Source: Candidatus Geohabitans tengchongensis (GTDB lineage: Bacteria > Sysuimicrobiota > Sysuimicrobiia > Sysuimicrobiales > Humicultoraceae). From it: a DNA stretch of 25,677 bases. Each line of letters opens with the position of its first letter. Positions within the stretch are counted from its first letter, which is position 1. The stretch covers positions 1 to 25,677 of the forward strand of contig JAVKIH010000034.1 in the NCBI GenBank assembly GCA_031459625.1. Direction: 5' to 3'. A program made the translations under genes and the position numbers. Of the stretch, positions 10,328 through 20,790 are shown one piece after another. The notes under the pieces were generated by a model, which saw only the letters and a program-made list of their open reading frames with translations, had not been told where the DNA came from and searched no databases.

Positions 10328-11752
10328 TCATGGTGCATGAACCGGCGGGCCGCGTCCCCGGCCGGCGAGGGAAGAGACGCCCTGACAGTCTCCCGACGAT
10401 GGTGCACCGCCAGGAGGTGCACACTCCGCCACGACCTGACCTGGGGCAGCAGGCTTCGGTCGCGGGCAACTCGTCTCGGGGCGAGGGGGCGCGGGGCCGC
10501 GGCGAGGGGGCGCGGGGCCGGGGCCCTCGACCGACCTGGCCTCATAGCGGTTGTGGGCCCGGCAACGCAACTGGATGTTCTGCACGGTTGCCGGACCGCC
10601 GGTGGCGTATGGCACGACGTGGTGGAACTCCAGGAAGGCCACCTCGGTGCAGCGCTGGCCGGTCTGGCCGATGAACGCACAGCGGCCTCCGTCCCGGTCC
10701 CAGACGGCACGGCGCACGGCGGCGGGGATGTGACGCGAACGGCTGGCGGCATCCGTGGGGGCCGGCACGTCTCCGGGGTCCCCGGTCGCGAGGGGAGACG
10801 GCTCCCCCGGACGCGGGCCGGCGCCCGGTGCCTGGCTGGCTGCGGCAGGCACAGTAGTCCCCGGAAGAGGGGCGACCGACCTGGGGCGCTGTGCACCTCC
10901 GAGTTTCCGCCTGGTCAACTCCCGGAGGAGGGCGGTGAGGGCGCGGTCCACGATGGTGGCCACGTCGCCGTCGGGGACCTGGTGGCGCATTAGGGCCTGG
11001 GCCTGCCGCAGCTTGGCGCAGGTCTCGGCGCTCGCCGTGAACTGGATCTTGTAGTGCTGCGGCCCGAGCGGGGCGATGACCGCCCGGCGCGCAGCCGCTG
11101 GTGCTCCCGGCCCCAACCGTGCCGGTGAGGCGGCCAAGACCGAGGGAGGGGCGGGGGCCGACGAGGCGGCCAAGACCAGGGGAGGGGCGTGGGCCGACGA
11201 GGCCGGGGATCCCCGCTGCGCTGCTGGCCCGAGCGGTGAGGTGGCCTCGGTGGTCTGCTCCGTTCCTGCAGGGTGTGAAGGTGGCCCGGGAAGACCGGCT
11301 CTGACGGGGAGGCGGCGGACGAGGGTGGGGACCGGCGGCTGTGGGGACAGCCGGGCCACCAGCTCCGCGACCTCGCGTTTGCTCTTGTAGGCGGCCGCCT
11401 CGAGCAGCTGCAAGTGATTCTCCGGGGTCAGGTGGGGGGCGAGGAGGCGCAGGGTGGCCAGCGTCAGGGCGCCGTCGACCAACCGCTCCAGGACGACGGG
11501 GAAGCGCCTGGCCAGCCGGGCCGCCTGGATGCGGTTGTAGGCGCTGTGTTCCGAGAGCCGCAGCCCCTGGGTGCAGTAGACGAAGAGCGAGGCGTAGCCC
11601 TGCGTCAGGTGGAGGCTTCGTGCCTCTAGCTCGCCCAGGTGGACGATGAGGGCGACGGTGGCCTCTCGTTCGCGGGCGGCAAGGTGCTGCACGCGGACGA
11701 GGAGGTCGGTGTCAGAGAGCCGCGCGGCGGCGGCGAGCAGGGATGTGGTCAT
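10328..11752 (-). CDS. HNH endonuclease with DUF222-like N-terminal helical region
   Basis: C-terminal RHIPAAVRRAVWDRDGGRCAF...RC...LEFHHVVPYATGGPATVQNIQLRCRAHN (about 10540-10735) is an intact HNH/Zn motif. N-terminus LSDTDLLVRV...GYASLFVYCTQGLRLSEHSAYNRIQAARLARRFP. Pro/Ala-rich linkers and more mixed codon usage than neighbouring genes. Confidence 0.88.
   Translation of the reverse strand: MTTSLLAAAARLSDTDLLVRVQHLAAREREATVALIVHLGELEARSLHLTQGYASLFVYCTQGLRLSEHSAYNRIQAARLARRFPVVLERLVDGALTLATLRLLAPHLTPENHLQLLEAAAYKSKREVAELVARLSPQPPVPTLVRRLPVRAGLPGPPSHPAGTEQTTEATSPLGPAAQRGSPASSAHAPPLVLAASSAPAPPSVLAASPARLGPGAPAAARRAVIAPLGPQHYKIQFTASAETCAKLRQAQALMRHQVPDGDVATIVDRALTALLRELTRRKLGGAQRPRSVAPLPGTTVPAAASQAPGAGPRPGEPSPLATGDPGDVPAPTDAASRSRHIPAAVRRAVWDRDGGRCAFIGQTGQRCTEVAFLEFHHVVPYATGGPATVQNIQLRCRAHNRYEARSVEGPGPAPPRRGPAPPRPETSCPRPKPAAPGQVVAECAPPGGAPSSGDCQGVSSLAGRGRGPPVHAP
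10468..10485. repeat. degenerate copy of the 20-bp palindrome
   Basis: AACTCGTCTCGGGGCGAG has 2 mismatches to the first 18 nt of the 11799 palindrome and can still fold as a hairpin. Confidence 0.7.
10480..10520. repeat. 21-bp-period tandem duplication
   Basis: GGCGAGGGGGCGCGGGGCCG at 10480-10499 and 10501-10520, encoding [14 protein letters not shown] in the HNH tail. Confidence 0.9.
11127..11203. repeat. 36-bp tandem repeat in the HNH-protein linker
   Basis: Units 11127-11162 and 11163-11198 differ at 3 positions and encode SSAHAPPLVLAA/SSAPAPPSVLAA. Confidence 0.9.
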
Positions 11753-11798
11753 GGCATCCTTACGATCGTCCGCCTCGCGGAGTTTTCCGGGGGGACGG

Positions 11799-11818
11799 AA
11801 CTCGTCCCGGGACGAGTT
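11799..11818. repeat. perfect 20-bp palindrome
   Basis: AACTCGTCCCGGGACGAGTT equals its own reverse complement and lies 46 nt upstream of the HNH start codon. Confidence 0.95.
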
Positions 11819-11956
11819 GGACCGTCGGGCCCGTCCGCGGCGGCAGCGCCTGACCCCCGCCGCCCACCCGAGGCTGGCCCGGCGCCGCTATGCCCGACGG
11901 GTGGCCAGGCTAGCCGCCGCCACCAGGCCGGCCCGCCTACACCCGGCGCCCCGGGC

Positions 11957-11983
11957 CGGGTCGTCTATCGGGTCGTCTATAAT
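11957..11983 (+). promoter_or_regulatory. secA promoter: 12-bp tandem duplication running into TATAAT
   Basis: CGGGTCGTCTAT x2 (11957-11980), TATAAT at 11978-11983, ATG 8 nt later, no SD. Confidence 0.7.
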
Positions 11984-11991
11984 GAGACGTC

Positions 11992-14648
<2,657 letters not shown>

Positions 14649-14670
<22 letters not shown>

Positions 14671-16751
14671 ACGCGGGGCGCGCCGGCCCCGGCCCCACCC
14701 CCGCCGACCCCGCCGCATCCCCCGCCGGCCGCACCGGCAGGATCGCCCGTCCCCTGTGGCTGCCGTCCGCGCTGGCAGCGCTGAGCGGCCTGCTGCTCTT
14801 CGCCGCCTTCCCGCCGCTCGACCGGGGCCTGCTGGCCTGGGTGGCGCTGGTCCCCTTGCTGCTGGCCGTCGAGGGGCGCACGCCGCGGGCGGCCTTCCGG
14901 CTGGGTTACCTGGGCGGATGGGTCTGGTTCGGGCTGCTGCTCAGCTGGATCCCCCTCTTCGGCGTCGCCACGTGGGTGGTACTGGTGGCGGTGATGGCGC
15001 TCTACCCGGCGCTCTTCGCCTGGGCCGTCCGGCACCTGGCCTGGCGGCGGCCGCAGGCGGCGCTGTGGCTCGCCCCGCTGCTGTGGACGGCGGTGGAGGT
15101 GGTGCGGGCGGAAGGGCCGCTCGCCTTCCCCTGGGGCTTCCTCGGCGTGAGCCAGCACCGCGTCCTGCCGGCCCTCCAGCTGGCGGCGCTCGGCGGGGTG
15201 CACCTGGTCTCGCTGGCCGTCGTCCTCGGCAACGTCCTGGTCGTCACCCTGGTGCGCAGGCCCGTGCCATGGCGACCCCTGGCCGCCGCCGGTACCCTGC
15301 TGGCCGCCGGGCTGCTCTTCGGGACGTGGCGGGCGGGGTGGGCCCTGCCCGCCGGTCCGGTGGCGGCCGCCCTGCAGCCCAATGTCCCCCCGCTCTTGAA
15401 GGGCGACGCGGCGACGCGCCGGGGGCAGCTCGACCGCATGCGCGACCTGACGGTGCGCGCCGCGCACGACGGAGCGGCGCTCATCGTCTTCCCCGAGAGC
15501 GCCGTCCCCGTGAACCTCTTCGGCCCGGCCGGCGCGCTGGCCGCCGTCGCCGCGTGGGCGCCAGAGCGCGTCGTCGTGGCCACCAGCCTGGAGGTGGGTA
15601 CCACCGCCCAGAACACGGCGGCGGTGCTCTCCGGGGGACAGGCGTTGGGCCGTTACGCCAAGCGGCGCCTGGTCCCGTTCGGCGAGGCCGGCATCACCCC
15701 GGGCCGCTGGACCGACCCGGTCTCCACGCCGCTCGGCCGCCTGGGCGTGGCGGTGTGCTATGAATCGGCCTTCGCCCTCCCGTCCCTGCGCGCGGCGCAG
15801 CGGGGGGCGGCCGTGCTGGTGGTGGTGACCAACGACGGGTGGTTCGGCCGCACCGCCGGCCCGGCGCAGCATGCCGCCTTCGCGGCGGTGCGGGCCGTGG
15901 AGACGGGGCGCAGCGTGGTGCGCGCCGCCAACACCGGCATCTCCATGATCGTCGACCCGCTGGGACACGTGCGGGGGTCGCTGGGCCTCGGCCGCGCGGG
16001 GATCGTGCGGGCGCCGCTCAGCCCCCCGGTGACGACCCCCTACCTGCGGGGCGGGTGGCTCGTCGCGCCAGCGGCCCTGGCGGCCGCGCTCCTCCTGCTC
16101 CTCCCGCTCCGGGAGGCCGTGGGGGCGGTGCGCGGCGATCCTGCGCTGCGGCGCCTGGGAGCGGCACTGCTCCTCCCCGGTGCCCTCGTCCTGGCCGGAT
16201 TCGTGCCGGTATGGGCGAGAGGGGAGCCCGCCCCGGTGTGGCCGCCGGGGGCCGGGGACGGGACGCTGACGGCCTGGGTGCTGCCGCTGGCGGTGGCCGC
16301 GGCGAGTGCGGCCTTCGGGGTCAGGCCGACCGGGCGATCGGTCCTGCTGAGCGCGGCGCTGGGCTCGGCGGTGGTGCTCCTCTTCGGGGGCACGCTCCTT
16401 GGCGCGTTCAGCCGGCACGGGATACCGCTCCGGCTCGCTCCACCGGGGGCGGGGTGGGCGGTGGGGGGCGCCCAGCTGCTGCTGGCCGGGGTGGCCTGGG
16501 AGTTCTGGCTGCGCGGGGCGGTCTTCGAGGCAGCCCGGGCCTGGCGCGGTCCGGCGGCGGCGGTGGCGCTCTCCGCCCTGCCGGCGCTCCTGCTGGCGGG
16601 GAGCACGACGCAGGAGGCGATGCTCTGGGCGTTGCTCACCGGCGTCCTCTTCGGCCTGATCCGGTGGCTGACCGGTGACGCGGTCGGTCTCGCCCTCCCC
16701 CGGGCGGCAGGATTCCTCCTCCTCGCCGCGCTGCCCGGGGTGCGCCTGTAG
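14649..16751 (+). CDS. lnt: apolipoprotein N-acyltransferase with an extra C-terminal CPBP/CAAX-protease-like membrane domain (start uncertain)
   Basis: Motifs [25 protein letters not shown], triad FPESA / [11 protein letters not shown] / VCYES, TNDGWFG, QH and RAANTGIS. The only canonical in-frame starts before TM1 lie inside secA (nearest is GTG 14649); CTG 14667 overlapping the secA stop is an alternative. The ORF-track extension to 13341 is a secA shadow. Confidence 0.88.
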
Positions 16752-16848
16752 CCAGGCCCGTGGCCGGGCCGGCGGTCGGCGGGGCGACTCATGGCGGAGC
16801 ACCCGATTGAGGACCGCAGGCGCGCAGACGCACGCCCGCGTGCGCGAC

Positions 16849-16872
16849 GAGGCGCTATAGAGGCGCTATAAT
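16849..16872 (+). promoter_or_regulatory. prfB promoter: 11-bp tandem duplication running into TATAAT
   Basis: GAGGCGCTATA x2 (16849-16870), with TATAAT at 16867-16872. Confidence 0.7.
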
Positions 16873-16920
16873 GGGACCGTAGTGGAGCGTGAAGTCAGGG
16901 CTGTGACCAAGGAGTTCGCC

Positions 16921-18028
16921 GTGACGCTGGAGGAGCTGCGGGCCGTCACCGAGGGCGCCCGCCGGAAACTCGCCGCCATCCGGGGGCATCTTTGACCCCG
17001 ACCTGAAGCGGCGCCGCATCGCCGAGCTGGAAGCGGCGATGCAGCGCCCCACCCTGTGGAATCATCCGGACGAGGCGCGCCGCCTGGGGCGCGAGCTGAG
17101 CACGCTGCAGGCCGAGGTCGAGGCCGTCGAGGACCTGACCTGCCGCCTGGCCGACCTGGAGGTGTTGCTTGAGCTGGCGGCCGAGGAGCCGGGCACGCTG
17201 GCGGTGGAGGAGCTGGTCCGGGAGGCGCGGACGGTGCAGGAGGCCGTCGACCGGCTGGAGCGGGAGATGCTCCTGGGCGGCCCCCACGACCGCGACGACG
17301 CCATCCTCGCCATCCACGCCGGGGCCGGCGGCACCGAGGCCGCCGACTGGGTGGCCATGCTGCTGCGGATGTACCTGCGCTGGGCCGAGACCCACGGCTA
17401 CCGCACGGAGATCGTCGACCTCTCCCCGGGCGAGGAGGCGGGGATCAAGAGCGTGACCGTCATCGTCGAGGGGCCCTACGCCTACGGCTACCTGCGCGGC
17501 GAGCGTGGGGTGCACCGCCTGGTGCGCATCTCCCCCTTCGACGCGGCGCGCCGACGGCATACCTCGTTCGCGCTGGTGGACGTCATCCCGGAGCCGAAGG
17601 AGGTCGACGTGGAGATCCGGGAGGAGGACCTGCGCATCGACACCTACCGGGCGGGCGGGGCCGGCGGGCAGAACGTGAACAAGGTGGAGACCGCGGTGCG
17701 CATCACCCACCTGCCCACCGGGATCGTCGTGCAGTGCCAGAACGAGCGCTCGCAGCACGCCAACAAGGTCAACGCGCTGCGCATCCTGCGGGCCCGCCTC
17801 CTCGAGTTCGAGGAGGCGCGCCAGCGGCAGGCCCTCTCCGAGCTGCGCGGCCAGCACCGCGAGGCCGCCTGGGGGAACCAGATCCGCTCCTACGTCCTCC
17901 ACCCCTACCAGCTGGTGAAGGACCACCGCACCGGCGTGGAGGTTGGCGACGCCCAGGCGGTCCTGGACGGCGACCTCGATCGCTTCATCGACGCCTTCCT
18001 GCGCCAGCCTGCGGGGGCCCGGGCGTAG
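16921..18028 (+). CDS. prfB: peptide chain release factor 2 with programmed +1 frameshift (join 16921..16992, 16994..18028; 368 aa)
   Basis: AAGGAG SD, then GTG 16921 and 24 codons [24 protein letters not shown], then CTT TGA C. The +1 frame continues [13 protein letters not shown] and contains the SPF motif (RISPFD) and GGQ. Confidence 0.96.
16981..16996 (+). promoter_or_regulatory. RF2 autoregulatory +1 frameshift site
   Basis: CGGGGG CAT CTT TGA C: an internal SD-like run, a 3-nt spacer and the slippery CTT-TGA-C. Confidence 0.95.
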
Positions 18029-18035
18029 GCCGGGG

Positions 18036-18746
18036 ATGGGCCGCCCGCCGCGCCCGCTCCTTTGGATCGCCGGGGCGATCGTCGTCCTGGCGCTCCTCCT
18101 TGGCGCCGGGCTCCCTTCGCTCGTGGCCTGGCGTCTCGAAGCGGCGCTGGCCCGCTCACTGCAGGGACGGCCGCAGGTGGTGGTACGCACGACCCCTGGC
18201 GGCGCGGTGACCGGCCGGCTGCGGCAGGTGCGGGCCGACGTCCGGAGCGCCGTGGTGAACCGCATCCCCGTGGACCGGCTGCGCATCGACCTGCGCGGTG
18301 TGGAGGTCGACGCCTCCCGCCTCTACCTGCGCCGGCAGTTCGTCCTGCGCGCGGTGGCCTCGGGGGAGGGCGAGGTCGTCCTCACCCAGGCGGACCTCCA
18401 GCGCCTCCTGCGGGAGACGAAGGGGGTCTCCGCGGCCGCGGTGACGCTGGACGACGGCATGGTCACCGTGGAGGGCGACGTGCGCCTGGAGGGGTTCGCG
18501 CGTGAGCTGCCCCTGCACGTCCGCCTGGAGGGGCGCCTGGTGGCCACCGGGCCCACCACGGTGGGGCTGCACGTCCGCACCCTCACCCTGAGCGGCCTGG
18601 TCGTCCCCGGGGAGTTCGGCAACGCGCTCGTGGGGGCGATCAACCCCCTCCTCGACCTCCGGGACCTGCCCGTGCCGGCGCGCATCACCGACGTCCGGGT
18701 GGACGACGGGGCGGCGCGCATCGCCGTGGCTGTCACGACCCGATGA
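18036..18746 (+). CDS. DUF2993 / LmeA-like phospholipid-binding protein
   Basis: N-terminal TM or signal anchor, then a beta-rich body with GRLRQVRADV, VDRLRIDLRGVEVD, VVLTQADLQRLL, LLDLRDLPVP and ITDVRVDDG. Confidence 0.7.
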   Translation: MGRPPRPLLWIAGAIVVLALLLGAGLPSLVAWRLEAALARSLQGRPQVVVRTTPGGAVTGRLRQVRADVRSAVVNRIPVDRLRIDLRGVEVDASRLYLRRQFVLRAVASGEGEVVLTQADLQRLLRETKGVSAAAVTLDDGMVTVEGDVRLEGFARELPLHVRLEGRLVATGPTTVGLHVRTLTLSGLVVPGEFGNALVGAINPLLDLRDLPVPARITDVRVDDGAARIAVAVTTR

Positions 18747-20785
18747 GGCGCTACCCGCGGCTCACCGCCGTCCTGCTGGTCGGCCTCCTCGCCGCGGCGG
18801 CCATCCTGGGGCTGCGCTGGCGGCTGGAGGCGCAGGGGCGCACGGTGGACGTCATCCTCGACGGGGAAGCCTGGCAGGAACTGGCCGTCCGCGAGGGGAC
18901 CTCACCGGCGGGACTGCTGGCCGAGCTACGGGCCCAGGGGGCGCGCTCCCTGGCGCTCTATGAGGCGACCCTGCGGCGGCTCCGCGACCGGGGAGACCTC
19001 TACTACACCTCTGGAAGCGCGCTCCTGGCTGCATCCCGGGCCGGCACGGTCCCGGCGGCCTTCCGTGCGGTGCTGGCCACGGGGCGCCTGCGGCGCGGCG
19101 CGGTCTACGTCGTGCCCGCGCCGCACCTGGCCGGGTGGGTGGAGGCCGGCCTGCGCGCGGTCCTGGGCGCGGGGCGCGTCCGCCGGACGGGCGGGCTCCT
19201 GGAAGTGCTGGGGACCGAGAGCGACCTGGAAGAGGTGGGGCTCGGGTTCCACCCGGAGGAGGTGGCCGTGGCGCGGGCCCGCGGCTTCGACGTCGTCCTG
19301 CGGGTGCGCAACTACCGCGGGCTGACCGCGGAGGGCCTGGCGGGGAAGCTGCGCCGCCTGGCGGCGGTGGGGCAGGGGCGCACCGTCGTCTTCGAGGGGG
19401 CGGATGTCCTGGGCTACGAGCGGCTCATCCCCGAGGCCGCCGCGGGGCTGCGCGCGCTGGGCCACCGCCTCGGCCGCATCGAGGTCTTCACCGTCCGCCG
19501 GCGCCAGCGCGGCGAGGACCGCCTCACCGCGCTGATGCAGCCCGCCGTCCTGCGCCTGTTCAGCATCACCCCCGAGGAGCTGGCCACGCTGGCCCCGCCG
19601 GCCGCCCGCGACAAGTACGTCCGCGCCGCGCTGGAGCGCCACATCCGCCTCCTCTACCTGCGCCCCTTCACCGCCACGCCGGCGGGCGTGGACCCCCTGG
19701 AGGTGAACCGCGCCTTCGTGGGCGACCTGGTGCGGGAGCTGCGCGCGCGGGGCTTCCGCGTCGGCCGGCCGGAGCCGCTGCCGCCCGTCCGGTACCCGCG
19801 GGTGCTCCTCCTCCTGGTGGCGGCCGGCGCCTGTGCCCTGGGAGCGGTCCTGCTGGGGGAGGGGTTGCGGGTGAGCGGCCTGCCCGTGCGGGAGGGTCCG
19901 CTCCTCGGGCTGGTGGCTGCCGGCGTCATGGCCACCGCAGGGCTCGCGCTGCTGGCCCCCGGCCTCTTCACCCTGTGGCGAAAGCTCCTGGCCCTCGGTG
20001 CGGCCATCGCCGGCGCCACGCTGGCGGTCTTCCTGCCGCTGCAGGAGGAGGCCCGGGGGAGTCCGCCGGCGCCGGGGTTGCTTGTGGCGCGGGGGTGGCT
20101 CGTGCTCTGGCAGGCCACGGGGGTGAGCATCGTCGCGGGGGGATTGGTGGCGGGCCTGCTGACGGCCTGGCCCTTCATGATGGCCGTGGAGGTCTTCCTG
20201 GGCGTCAAGGTGGCCCACGTCCTGCCGCCGGCCCTGGCCCTCGGGCTGCTGGCCCTCGCCGCCCGCCCGGCGTCGAGCCCCCAGGCGGCGGTGCGGGCGG
20301 CGTGGGCGTGGCTCGACCGCCCGCTGCGCCTGCGGACGGCGGCGGTGGCCCTGCTCGTCGGCGTGGCCGCCGTGATCCTGCTGGCGCGCAGCGGGAACTT
20401 CGGCCTGCCCGTGCTCGCGCTGGAGGAACGGCTGCGGCTGTTGCTGGAGCAGGCGCTCGTGGCCCGCCCGCGGACCAAGGAGTTCCTCATCGGCCATCCG
20501 GCCCTCGTCCTGGCCGGGAGTGCGGCCGCGCTCGGCCTGCGCGGGTGGGCGCTCCCGCTGGCGGCCGTGGGGGCGATCGGGCAGGCGGGCATGATCAACT
20601 CCTTCTCCCACCTGCACACGCCGCTGGTCATCGTGCTGTGGCGCACGCTGAACGCGCTGGTCCTGGGCTCCCTGCTCGGCGGGGCGGCCGCCCTCCTGCT
20701 GGTGGGGATGGGCCGGCGGGTCGGACTCTTGCCCTCGCCCCCCGAGCCGCTGCCGGTGCGGGCCGCGCCGCCGCCCGCGCCGTAA
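18743..20785 (+). CDS. DUF5693-family membrane protein (csaB-associated)
   Basis: ATGA overlap with the previous gene. N-terminal anchor, large soluble domain (RAALERHIRLLYLRP) and multi-TM C-half with FLGVK, RSGN, RPRTKEFLIGHP and INSFSHLHTP. Adjacent to csaB. Confidence 0.75.
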   Translation: MRRYPRLTAVLLVGLLAAAAILGLRWRLEAQGRTVDVILDGEAWQELAVREGTSPAGLLAELRAQGARSLALYEATLRRLRDRGDLYYTSGSALLAASRAGTVPAAFRAVLATGRLRRGAVYVVPAPHLAGWVEAGLRAVLGAGRVRRTGGLLEVLGTESDLEEVGLGFHPEEVAVARARGFDVVLRVRNYRGLTAEGLAGKLRRLAAVGQGRTVVFEGADVLGYERLIPEAAAGLRALGHRLGRIEVFTVRRRQRGEDRLTALMQPAVLRLFSITPEELATLAPPAARDKYVRAALERHIRLLYLRPFTATPAGVDPLEVNRAFVGDLVRELRARGFRVGRPEPLPPVRYPRVLLLLVAAGACALGAVLLGEGLRVSGLPVREGPLLGLVAAGVMATAGLALLAPGLFTLWRKLLALGAAIAGATLAVFLPLQEEARGSPPAPGLLVARGWLVLWQATGVSIVAGGLVAGLLTAWPFMMAVEVFLGVKVAHVLPPALALGLLALAARPASSPQAAVRAAWAWLDRPLRLRTAAVALLVGVAAVILLARSGNFGLPVLALEERLRLLLEQALVARPRTKEFLIGHPALVLAGSAAALGLRGWALPLAAVGAIGQAGMINSFSHLHTPLVIVLWRTLNALVLGSLLGGAAALLLVGMGRRVGLLPSPPEPLPVRAAPPPAP

Positions 20786-20790
20786 CCGGA

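Larger units (their letters stand above)
10468..11818 (-). mobile_element. putative palindrome-bounded HNH element
   Basis: Perfect palindrome AACTCGTCCCGGGACGAGTT at 11799-11818 and a 16/18 copy AACTCGTCTCGGGGCGAG at 10468-10485 enclose the folded domains of the gene, which lies antisense within a housekeeping cluster. Confidence 0.5.

Noticed and set aside
11957..11980. 12-bp duplication as target-site duplication of the HNH element
   Set aside because: Both copies lie on the same side of the element, and I found no copy near 10310-10470.
19135..20790. N-terminal extension of the 925-aa ORF ending in CsaB
   Set aside because: Shadow frame over the DUF5693 gene. CsaB homology begins at 20791.
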